Source: Chrysomallon squamiferum (lineage: Eukaryota; Animalia; Mollusca). Taken from it: a stretch of DNA of 64,000 nucleotides. Below are positions 28,754-41,177 of the stretch, piece by piece. Position 1 is the first letter of the stretch. Every line of letters begins with the position of its first letter. A program made the translations under genes and the position numbers. The stretch is taken from NCBI GenBank assembly GCA_012295275.1, contig CM022677.1:10726001-10790000 (forward strand), read 5' to 3'. The notes below the pieces were generated by a model. The model made no database searches. It was given only the letters and a program-made list of their open reading frames with translations, and was not told the origin of the DNA.

Positions 28754-31700
28754 TTTTTTTTTTTTTTTTTTTTTTCAGGTCCATTGATTCATCAGCAAAA
28801 ACACCCAGAGCTGAAGAGCTGTTTTATAAGTAAGTTTTAAAAGATTTTTCTTTTATTAGCTTCTTTAAATATTGACCTAAACTAAACTATATTTAAAAAG
28901 GTTACTATTAGTACTTGATACTATTTTAACTAATATAAATATAACATTACTACTGGAACTGTCAAATTCTACTATTACTTCTTCTATTAAAACTATTTCT
29001 ACAACAATGCAGTTACTGTTACTACTACTTCTACTACTACTGCAACTGGGTATACTTGCTATTATGCTACTTTTGTCACTATTACTACTATTACTGTTGC
29101 TAGTACTATTATACAACAACTACTGTTACCATTACTGTTTTTATATATTATATTATATTTATTTATATATTCACTTTGCATATTGATTGACTGATCGGTT
29201 GATTTATTATAGACAAGAGTTTCTGCAGCTTTCTCCAGGAATTGGTTCTATTGATGGTTTCCCTCAGTGGCAGTTTACAGAAATAGCTAGGAAGGCAGAG
29301 GTGTCACTCATGCCCGTTACCTTGGCGATTGTTTGGGTTCTCATCTTTCTATTGGTGGGATTTGGAGGGCGTTTCTGTGGCTGGGTAAAATTAATTTAAA
29401 AAAACAAATTATTTTATTTTTTTATTTGTAAACTGATTCATAAACAACAATTAAGATTCCATAAAAGAATATTATTTTAATTTGTATTTAAAGTTATAGA
29501 AAATAAATGCTAAGCTTTAAAAATCCTGTCATTTCTCATTCTACACAAAGCACAGTTTAGTTATTAACAAAATATTTCCTTTTTATAAAAGTTAAATAAT
29601 TTTAATACATATTTTTCTTAACCATTTATATTGATTATTCAAACTTATTTTATGTTTCCTTTGACATAAAATTATATATTCCTGACTGGTTTTATTATTT
29701 ATTTTTTTCCCGTTCCAGCTTTTGTTTGTGATAGGGTCCAGCAGCAATGTCGTGTCTTTGTGCAGTGATGGTGTACGGCTACTCCCACCTTGACATCGAC
29801 GCCACCGTCAAATATCTGCAGCAAGTTTATCAGTACAATGCAAACTTTCCCGTTCTCAAGGTCAGTATAACTTTTTATGTTGTTTTGGTTAGTTTTATGT
29901 TGTTTTGGTTAGTTGTGAACTGTATATATAGATTTTGTTACCAGTAAAGTTATTCTCTAAGTAAATACAGATTTTTTTTTTTTTGGATTTTCAGCGATTT
30001 ATATAATACAAAAGAAATAATTATTTTCAAGGAAGTACAGAAGATTAATCTTTTAAATTAAACTTCTCTAGATAGATAACTAATATTATTTCTAGATTTA
30101 CTAATAAAATGATTTGTCAGTGTAAATGTACATTTATAACCAAATATTTTCTTCAGGGATTACAGGTAGAAAATGTTAATATTGACAGTGAAATTAATTT
30201 TAGTAAGATAAAAAGCAGTTAATTTAAATGTCAAGACAGATTGTTTTACTACAGAAGATAATAAAATCAGTTATTCTCAGAACAGTTATTAATAAATGAA
30301 AGATGTGGAAAATTTCAAACATTTACTTTGCTTTGCTAATAAATAATCAAAACCAATTTAAAAAAAAAAATACATATATATATATATATATAAATATTTT
30401 AAAATTATCTGTCATTTTTATAATTTTCAAATATTTATTTATTTATATTAATAAAAAAATAATAAAAATTTCATAATAAAATATCATAAATATTTTATAG
30501 ATTCTTTGATTATTAAAACCATGCAGACATTTACAGCTAAACAAAATTTTAATGTTTTAATATTCTCTTTATCATTTTCTACATTCTGGAAGCCCTTGAA
30601 TTTTTTTTTTTTCAGAGTCCTTTGCAAATATTTCATGTGGTAATACCCACTGAATTTTCCATTTTTTATTATTTTTTTAAATTTTCAATATGTTTTGTTT
30701 TTTAATTTTAGTCATTTTATTCTTAATATTAAAATTGTTATTGTTTTTAATTATTTTGACTGTAAATGACTTCGTTTTTGCATCACATTTATTATTTTTA
30801 TTTATTTTATTGTTATTACTGAATTAAACTAAATAGATTTTACTTGTTTATAAAATAACTTAAATGTAAAGATTATCATGAATCATATAAATAAATGAGA
30901 ACTGTGCCTGTGTTTTGAAGAGATAGTTGTTAATCATAATTAGATGTCATTAATAAAGAATATATTATTTTATCAATCACAAAAAATTTGAATAGATCGT
31001 ACATTTTTTCTTCATGCAGGTATATAAAGTCTTTTACAGTGATAAATTTTATTTTCCTAATATTTGTTTACGATCACAAAAAATTCAATCATTTCTCTTT
31101 GTGCAGATATAAAATATTTTACAGTAATAAAATTTATTTTATTAATATTTGTTCTGTTTTTAGTCTGGTTTATAAAATCAATATAGATTTTTTAAGTATT
31201 AACACTTCTTAATAAAATATTTTTACGGAATCTGTTTTAAGGTTTATTATATCAGAGAAGGTCTTTTTTTCTTCTTTTTTTCCCACCATTTAGTAGTTTT
31301 TCCACTTTTAATTTGTTTTATTTGTTTGTTATGATTATGTTTGTTTTTGTTATTTTGTTTATTACTTTTAATTTTTACTTTTTTGTTTTAAATTATTTGT
31401 GTTTTTAAATTTTGTTATAATAATTTTATTATTATTAATATTATCATTATTATGATTCATATTGTTATTTTTTATGTACAGACTATAAATTGTTTTATAT
31501 CTCAAGAGAACAAATAGTTTTCTGTTTTTCTGTTTATAATTTATTTATCTATCTGTCTATCTACATCTCTATGTATGTATGTATGTATCTATCTATATCT
31601 ATAGCTACCTAGCTATCTATCTATCTATATTGATTTGTGTATGTGTTTGTGTTTAGTTTTATATCTTTTTTAATTTTTCAGAGCCTTATACAAGCCTTTC

Positions 31701-32487
31701 ATGTTGTAATGTTGTCACTTCCTGTCTGGACAGCAATGGCGGCGACCTTGGGAAAACTTGGAGGTCGAAGCAGAACTATACGTAACATGTATGTCCTTTT
31801 TTTTTCTTCTAAATTTTATGTTTTTTAAATTTTAAATTCTTTTAAAGTTATTAATCATAACTACAGAAATTTGAAGAATAATGTGTGGTTATGTTTTTAC
31901 ACATTTTAAATGCACCATTATAAGCAATTATTAATAACTAGATATTATTTATAAAGAATTGTATATTGCTGGTTAATCATTATTCATAAATTATTTATTT
32001 TACAGAAATTTAAATAACTTATTTGTATCAGTATTGTATTATTTTTTTAATTATTATTTCTGCTATGTAAAAAACGTTCTAGAATTATTTTTAAAAGGAC
32101 ATATAATCATGTATTTAGAGCCAGTTTTTTCAACCAGATTGTTTTTCTTTGTATCAGTAAATATGAACTAACATTCTCCTGCACAAACTCATGCAAGGAC
32201 ATACACCTGCATTCCTAAACATACACATGCATATGTACACATGCACATATTATAACATCTTATTATTTTCTTGTTCTTTCTTTCATTCAGAACTTGGCTG
32301 TTTATGTTGATCATGTTTGGCATTTTCACCCAGTTGCCTCCAATTGCCATGGCACCCTTCCTTGGTACCATGATTTACCAAAAAAGTAGTCCAGGCTTTG
32401 AGTGTAAGAATCACACTGTTTGTTTTTATTTATTTATTTTTTAAATTATTGTTGTTGTTGTTGTTGCAATTATTATTATTATTATTA

Positions 32488-32518
<31 letters not shown>

Positions 32519-33365
32519 CATTATTATTATTATTATTATTGTTGTTATTACTGTTATTGTTGTTGTTACTTTCAGTTATTAATGGACCGGGGATAGTCCT
32601 GTGGCAGATGCCGGCTGCGTTCACATCTCTTGAAGTTCCTCCAGTCTATTCATTTCTCTTCCTCCTCTCAGCGTTCCTCTTCGGACTCATGTACCTTGTA
32701 AGTTTCTATAAACAGAATTTAGTTATTATTACTGATATGTCTCCCTTACAAAATAGAAGATTTTCACTTACCAGGATAGACAAGAGAAGTCAATTAATTT
32801 AGAGATATAAGGATTGTCTCCCTTGACCAACTGTTGTTTAGAGCAGGGGTTTTCAAACTGTGGTCCGCGGACCACAGGGGGTCCGCAAGTACAAGACAGG
32901 GGGTCCGTGGACAGCGAATACTTTTTATGGGCAGTTTGATTTTATATATGTTTTTTAAGCAAATATTTATTATAAATTTCATAAGCATTTATAAGGGGGT
33001 CCCTAAGGTAAAGCCTGAAATATAAAGGGGTCCGCAAGTCAGAAAGTTTGAAAACCCCTGGTTTAGAGATCCACCATTACTCAGCTGTTATCATCTAAAA
33101 GGTTAAAAACTCTTTTAACGCACTGATATTAAAAAACATAATAATGACGTCAACAGTGACAACAATAACAGGGACAACAACAACAACAGCACAACTGTTA
33201 TTATTATTCAGTCGATTCATCATCATCATTATCATAAGTATATTATTATTATTATTGTTATTGATATTGTCATTATTATCCTTTTCATCTTTTATTATTA
33301 TTATCATTGTCATTATTATCATCAAACCTATATTATTAGTAGTAGTAGTAGTATTATTACCTGTA

Positions 33366-33420
<55 letters not shown>

Positions 33421-33617
33421 GGTGATTTCAGTGTATTGGATGTCTAACTATTATTGACAACATAATGGACTCGTTGGAAGAATGGATAGACAAGAAATGT
33501 TGCAGTAAAGTAGTTGTACATCTGCTGGTGACGTTTGTCATGATGTGTGTGGCGAAAGGCATGGGGATCCTGCAGACCACAAAGGTTAGATTTGTGTCAG
33601 GTTGAAATTCAAAAATA

Positions 33618-33673
<56 letters not shown>

Positions 33674-33763
33674 GGTGAGTGAGTGTATGTGTATTGGTGA
33701 GTGAGTGGATGTGAATGTGTTTGAGTTTTTGTGTCTGTTTGATGTATTACTGGGATGTATTAC

Positions 33764-33812
<49 letters not shown>

Positions 33813-33911
33813 ACGCACATGCACACACACACCCATTGGTGATACACAAGTTTTTATTTTACAGGCTGGCATATAATACTTTATTCTTATTGATCAGTCT
33901 TTGACCAAAAC

Positions 33912-33947
<36 letters not shown>

Positions 33948-36161
33948 CCATCTGTGATATACAAGTTTTTATTTTGCAGGCTGGAATGTATTACTTTATT
34001 CTCATTGACCAGTCTTTGACCAAACTTCAGTTTATACTTGTCATTCTGCTGGCTCTTGGATTTCTTGTTGTATATGGTAAATATTACTTACTTTAAATCT
34101 TATTTTAAATTTTATTACATTAATTTTCATTGATTTACTATAGTAGTATATGCTTTTGTTACTTAATAACAGATATCATTAATTATAATACTCATCATAA
34201 AAAAATTAATTAAATAATATTTAGAATTATTTAAATCTCATAATGAATATTCAGTATTCTTTTAAACTGTTAAATGTAAATGTTTTCGTTAAAATTATCC
34301 CTCTACAAAAAGACAAAACAAAAAATAATAAAAACATTGTTTTTCAGTGAAGCAGAATTTTGCTCTTGCGGAGCGTATTATAATGGGGCTGTGGTTTGGT
34401 TTGGCTGGAATAGCCAGTGCCGTAAGTTTATTTTATAATTTTAGTAGTAGTAGTAGTAGTAGTTAGGTGATAGAATTAAAGAATAATGTTACTGGTATAG
34501 TAACAGTAGTAGTAATAAAGTAAAAAAATAATGTTATTACTATAATAACAGTAGTTGTAGAAGTAGTAGCAGTAATGGTGGTGGTGGTAGTGGAAGTCTT
34601 TATAGTAGTAAGATAATAAAGTAAAAAATAATTTTACTGTATATAAAACAGTAGTAGCAGTAGTGGTAGTGGTAGTAGTGGTGGTAGTAGTAGTAGTAGT
34701 AGTGGTGCTGGTAGTAAGATAATAAACTAAAAAAAATAAAATGTTATTGCTATGGTAACAGTAATAGCATAATCAGCAAGTGTAAATATTAGTTTTTGCT
34801 TATTACACATTTTTGTGTGCATAGTTTCATTAATGTGTACATTCAGCAAAGAAAAGTAAATAATAAGAAAGAAAAGTCTGTTATAAGTTTGTCTTTATAT
34901 TTATTTACTTACTTACTTACTTACTCATTCATTCAAATACTCACAAACTCATATTTACTTAATTACTTATTCAAACACTTAATCACTTATTTATAGATTT
35001 CTATTTCTTTATTATTTTATTTTTACTTATTTTTTTACAGGGATTCTGGTTCTTCATGTTTCTCAAGGTCAAGGATGTTCCTATACATTACAAAGATGTG
35101 TCTACTAACTATTTGTTTCCTCCAGTGTGGGAAACCATCAGCTGGGTGATCGCCTCATTTCCCTACATCGGCATCCTCATCGGTGCAGTGCACACAATAA
35201 TGACAGCAAAAGGACCGAATGTAAGTTTCTAAAATAGAAAAGTAAATTGTTCAAGGCAGTATTAAGTATATTAATGTTGTGATGATAGTAGTTACAGCAG
35301 TTGAGATGGTGTAGTATTTTTATTAGTAGCAGTAGCAGTAGTGATGGTGGTGTTAGTGGTGATAGTTGTGAAAATAGTTTTTTGGTATACTAGTGTGTAA
35401 CAGTTTTGTGGAGGTAACATTATTAATAGTAACATATATGATAGTAATAATGTAGTAGTGGTAGTATAGAAAGTTGTAGTTGCATTAACCGTAGTTGTAA
35501 CAGTAGTAGTAGGAATAGTAATGATGATAACAATAACAGCAGTTTTGCTGTTTTTATAATTGATAATGGCAGTATTGATGATAACAACTGACATTAACAG
35601 AGGTACAATAGTGGTGGTGATGTTAGTAGTTGTAGTAGTAGTAGTAGTTATGTTATTATTGTAGTAGTAATACTGTTTAGTAACAGTAGCAGTAATAGTA
35701 GTAACAGTTGCAACAGCTGTGGCAGTAGTAGTACTGTTTATAGTCATGGTAGTAGCAGGTAGTAGTAGTAGTAGTGACAGTAGTTGTTGTGGTTATAGCA
35801 GTGTTATATTAACAAAAATGTTTCAGTATCTCAGGCTTTTCTTTTCAAATATATATTTAAATATTTAAAGTTGTGAATGTTTAAAGTTTTGTAACCTAAG
35901 GCCAACTATATTTTTTTATTTGTTTTACAGAAGTTCACTCAGTGTTGTTGTGGAATCACAGAAAGGGTGAGAGAACACACTGAGGAAGAGATCCCCATGA
36001 CAGGCTACCACCTACCTCCATCAGAGCCTACAGCACCACCATACATGCACACCTACATGGAGAACAGCTACCCCATGGATGACATCGGCTTCCACACCAA
36101 GTACGACTATGAACCACCAGAAACTGAACCTCTACGACCTTACAACAGCACTCGCATCTGA
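25477..36161 (+). CDS. Divergent SLC6 (sodium:neurotransmitter symporter family)-like transporter, ~611-616 aa
   Basis: Coding exons: 25477-25564, 26072-26209, 26544-26718, 28779-28829, 29213-29384, 29719(or 29735)-29860, 30157-30165 (microexon), 31682-31788, 32291-32403, 32576-32697, 33432-33584, 33980-34076, 34348-34421, 35041-35220, 35931-36161. All introns are GT-AG with compatible phases except the noted exon-6 start. SLC6 hallmarks: FLRIPF (TM1 RFPY-like), CVPALFVQLKLGSY...FPIWKGVG (TM2-3), WGSC...C loop disulfide, AEELFY..FLQLSPGI, GPGIVLWQMP.A, AGMYYFILID, FPPVWETISWVI; about 12 hydrophobic segments. Confidence 0.85.
26735..27110. repeat. ~30-bp tandem minisatellite (gtcttacttttatactttgtgtgtgtttatat)
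   Basis: About 10-12 copies in the intron after SLC6 exon 26544-26718; it produces the long spurious ORFs at 26516-27411. Confidence 0.9.
32844..33060. mobile_element. Non-autonomous hAT-superfamily MITE (217 bp)
   Basis: Perfect 16-bp TIRs caggggttttcaaact / agtttgaaaacccctg; perfect 8-bp TSD gtttagag at 32836-32843 and 33061-33068; subterminal ggggtccgc repeats. An 8-bp TSD with CAGGGGT ends is typical of hAT (Charlie/Buster-like) elements. Confidence 0.92.
33835..33908 (+). pseudogene. Decayed partial duplicate of SLC6 exon 33980-34076 with its acceptor
   Basis: acaagtttttattttacag|gctggcatataatactttattcttattgatcagtctttgaccaaa versus the functional acaagtttttattttgcag|gctggaatgtattactttattctcattgaccagtctttgaccaaa; the copy has TAA at codon 4. 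Confidence 0.8.
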
Positions 36162-37039
36162 TGTTAGTTACCACGGAGATATCTACACAACCAGCGCCAT
36201 TTCAAACTTGTTTAAAAATACTTGTGTGTTTATGTATGTGTGTCTATAAATATATATATATATAAATAGACATACATATGTATTTGTTTCTAGTCATTCG
36301 GTGAAAAACATGAAAGGATTTTGGAAGGTGAAAAGATTTTACTGATGAAAAATTCTGTAAGGAGCATTATGTTTAAAAATGATGAAAAAGAAAAGTGAAA
36401 ATGGACTTGAAGATTAAAAATAAAAGGTCCATGCAGATTCAGAAAGAAAATGACTTCAAGCACTGAACAGGTTTGGCCAAATAATGCACTTGATTCCTGT
36501 TGTATGAAACCTTTTTAAAATACAGTAATAGTAATAATAATAATTTAAAAACATACTTACAGTAATAATAATTAAAACATAAATAAAAATAAAAATAACA
36601 GACTGAATAATATCATAGCTAAAGAAACATTGAGATAATTCATTTTTATTGAAGTAAGAAAATAAAAAAATATAATATTAATAAAAAAATAAATATCCAT
36701 GAAATAATAAATTAATAATAAATTGCTCAAGATTTAATGTTTCAAGATTTGAACTGAACTCAGCTCAAAATATTTAAGATATATCAAGACAATACATTCC
36801 CATTAATGAAAAAAATAAAAATTATATTGACCTTTGTCTAATAACAAGCTCAGATTCTTACAAGAAAATTTTGCAGGTTTTGATTGGAAAAATGAAATGG
36901 ATGTTTCAGATATATACATTTCAAAATTTGTTTATTATAGAAAGATTAACTGAATCTTTTATTTACTTTTATAATTTTTCAAATATTTACATATGCTTGA
37001 CTTAACATCTAAAAATGATATTCAGTGCTGCTTAACAAA

Positions 37040-37580
37040 AGAAAAAGACTTGAATGCTTATTAAGGAAAAGGAAAAGGAGTACAAATCCTCCAAAGACTG
37101 GAAATATTTAGACAGCCTTCATTGCTTAAGCAATGGAAGAGAAGCTTAAAAGTTCCGTCTCATTAAGGAATACTGAACAGTTTGATAAGCCTTTGAATGG
37201 AATCATCTTTAGAAGAAATATTCAGTGCTTAAGAATTGGAGAAAAGTTTACAGTCTTCAGTGTGTATTAAATAGTAGAAAAACCTTAAAAATCTTCAGTG
37301 CTTATTAATGAATGGAAGAAAGCTAACTAAGGAATGGAAATCTTATGTGCTTATTAAGGAATATGCTTACGCTTATAAAGAATAAAAATTTGCTTATTAA
37401 GGAATGGTGGAATAAAGCTTTAAAATCTTCAGTGCTTATTAATGAATGGAAAAAGCATAGAGGAAGCTTCAGTGCTTATGAAAGAATGGAAATTTCAGTG
37501 GTAATTAAGGAAATTAAAAAATGCTTAAGGAGTTGAATAAAGTTTAGAAAATCTTTAGTACTTGTTAATGAATGGATTGG
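37040..37580. repeat. Degenerate ~40-45 bp tandem repeat (aaaatcttcagtgcttattaa(t/g)gaatggaa)
   Basis: More than 10 imperfect copies downstream of the SLC6 stop codon (probable 3' UTR). Confidence 0.7.
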
Positions 37581-38799
37581 CAACCAAAAAGAGTTTGGTG
37601 TTTTTATAAAGAAAACAACGAATAGTTTTTCAAAAGCTTTAATTCTGTACTGGCAACTAAAGAGAGCTTGGTTTTTGAGATGAAATCTAGGAATAGTTTT
37701 TCACCCTCTATGCACAGCATACTCATTCCTTGCTTTAACAGCAATTTGTGTTGATGTCTCCGTGCGTAAGTTAGATCCACACACACAAACATGATCTGTC
37801 ATACTTTGTGTTTTACTCACAATGTGCTGTTCAAACACATTACTGTTTATTCAGAAACACAATCGTGTTCATAATTGTTTTGAGATTTGTTCATTACGAA
37901 TGCTCCAAATTACAATTTTTGTTTGAGGAATAGAAAAAACAAAAGATTTGTTGTTTAAACTGGAATAATTTGTTTTTGTTTCTTTTTGAAAAACAAACAG
38001 TTCTGTTATGTGAATTATGGACAGTATTCTTTGGCTTAAAAGAAATTGTTTTTTTTCAATATCATTTTATATATATTTGTACTCATTCATAGAGTAAGTG
38101 AATTCATTTTAAAAAGTGGACTGATCTTGCATATTCCTTCTTTCTGTTTTTTTAACCAATAATTAAAGCCGATTTATTTTTTAAAAATCAGAATTTCAGT
38201 TTGAATGGAAATTATTCTGTGGACATTTTCGTTATGTTATGAACAATTTTTAAATTTTCCTTTTGAATTATTTTTTAATAAATAATAACTTATGGATTTA
38301 TCAGTGTGTAAAATAATATTTATATAAAATAATATAAATACCATTTTTATATATATATATATGTAATACTGTTTTTCATCACTATCATTTGTCAAAAATG
38401 AATATTATACCCATTATTACAAGTAAACCATTTTTGCATTATTTGAATTGGCCCTTTTTCTTTTTCATATTTTTTTTTCTGTTTTTACTTGCAATAAGCC
38501 AGATTTGCCTACAAACTTGAAGTGAACTTCTCTTGTTTTAAATTTTGTAATTTGTACATTTTCTTCAAATTATTAATATTAGAATAACTATATATATATT
38601 AGATAGATAGATACATACATAGATAGGTAAATAGATAGGCAGATTTATGTAGATAGATGTGTAGTATTTAGATAGATAAATAAAATTGTTATCCTGTGGA
38701 TTATTTTGTCCCCAGATTCTTTTTGACGTATTAAGAGTTATCTACCTTTTATTTCTTTGCAGTCACTGCATAAAAAGTATAAAGATTTTATAACACTGA

Positions 38800-39330
38800 G
38801 GTAATGATAAGACAAATTAACTATCATTGTTATTACAGAAAATGCTTATTAATTATTTTATGATAACAGAAAAGATAAGTTAATTATGTTGTAGAAGAAA
38901 TAGTAATTTAACTAGCTGTATTATAAAAGAAAGTGAAAACTATTTATGTTTTTTGAGAGAAACTGAAAATTAATTATCTTTATTATAACAAACTGAAAAT
39001 TAATTATATTTATACAACAGAAACTGAAAAGTAATTATCTCTATTTCAAATTAATTGTCTTTATTATGTGAAAAATTGATTATGTTTATTACAAGGGAAA
39101 CTGTAAATTATTTATATTTATTATTAGAGAAATTTAAATTAATTACCATTATTATAAGAGAAACTGAAAATTAGCTATATTACAAGAGAAATTGAAAAAC
39201 CAGCTATATTTATTATAATATAAACTTGAAATTAACTATATTTAATAAAAACTGGATATTAACTATATTTATTATTAGAAAAAGTTAAATTAACCATCTT
39301 CATTTCAAGTGAAATTTTAAAATAAATACT
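38800..39330. repeat. Degenerate ~37-40 bp AT-rich tandem repeat (gaaactgaaaattaattatctttattat)
   Basis: About a dozen imperfect copies. Confidence 0.65.
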
Positions 39331-39361
39331 GTAAATTATCTTATTTATATTTAAAAAAAAA

Positions 39362-39399
<38 letters not shown>

Positions 39400-39884
39400 A
39401 AAAACCATTATAACCCCATGATAAAGTTACAGCTTAACACAAGGAGGCAGTTCAGTCCACTCTTCAACTACTAAGTAAGATAAAAATAAAATACAGATTC
39501 TGCCTAATAAGTTCATATTTGTATATAGGTTTAGATTTCTTGTTTGCCTCTTTTTTGCAATGCATTAAATGTACTAACTGTATTTATTATTTCTTACAAT
39601 ACTAAAAAACATTTTATGCTTGTATTGATTATGTCATGTAAGAGAAAAATGTTAAAAATAGCTACCTTCCATAAATATATTCATATAAACAAATAACTTT
39701 GTTTTTCACATTAAAAATAATTATTTTTTTCTTACAAATACTTGGGAACATACACATACATCTATACACACAAACTCCTCTCATTTTCTCTCTCTTTTAC
39801 ACACATGCACACAGGCACACACAATCATTTATATACATGTATACACATGTACACACACATATACGATTTCTCTTTTTCATACAT

Positions 39885-39922
<38 letters not shown>

Positions 39923-41122
39923 CATCAATAATAGGCTCTCAAAACATTATTTTATTTCATGTATAAATCTAAAGAACAGCTTTGTTTCTGACAGCATAGA
40001 AAACAAAATTATTTCATTTTGTAGTTAGGCTGTTTATTAATTGCTGTAATCTAGTTGCAAATTAAATTATGTTTCAATTTTATTTTGAAAAGAAAACTTA
40101 AATTTAAATGCAAATTAAAGTATAGAAGCAGTGTTGGCTTAACGATCTATTAGTTTTTTATTTCTTTTTAACATTGTCTTATTTAGTGTTATCATATTAT
40201 TACTATTATTTCTAATTAATTTATCATTATTATTAATTTATTTTTTAACCCAAAGGCTTATATTTTACTTAATAAATGTTGCTTGTACAATATATTAACA
40301 CTAGTCATGTGTATGTAAAAACAAATGTTCATGTAAAAGTCATAATAAATTTTATCATCATCTTTGTTTTGTTGTTTTGTAATTATCATTGAAATTTTTT
40401 TTTTTTTTATAAATTTAAAAAGAAAAAAATACAAATTGGACAGGTTGAGTATCAGATTATATAGCAATGTATTTCATTTCAGATTTTGAGTAAGACTGAA
40501 TTAGAAACATCAAAAATCCAATTATATTTTAAACATATACTGTGAAGGCAGTTTTAAATACCAAATGTAACTTTTGCAATACAAAAAACTAGTGTTTAAA
40601 AACAATTATATCTTGAAGTTAGTATTTATGAGTCCAAGAAAATGCATTTTTTTAAAATTCAAGATAATGTAATAGCATGAATGCATAGTTATTTAAAAAA
40701 AAATCTTTTTATTTCCAAGTTATAAGAAAATGTAACTGATGGTACAAATAGTATTTTTAAATCTTTATTATATTTTCTAATTAGTATTTTATTATCGACT
40801 TAACTACAGCAAAATGTAACGGTAAACATAGATTTTTTATAAAACATCTGAATACAAACATTTGAGATGTATGTGGCAGATACAATTTTTTCAGAAAAAT
40901 AGCAGCATCAAGTTACTTTAACTACTCTTGAAATTATTATCAATGATAATAATAATAATAACACAATAATAACATAATAAAAATAATAATCATAATAACA
41001 GTTATAGTAAGAATGAGAACAAATCAACAACAGTAAAAATAATAAAATAGTAATAAATAATAATAAAACTACTACAACAAAACAACCACAAAAACTATAA
41101 CAATAGTATAATATTAATAATC

Positions 41123-41177
<55 letters not shown>

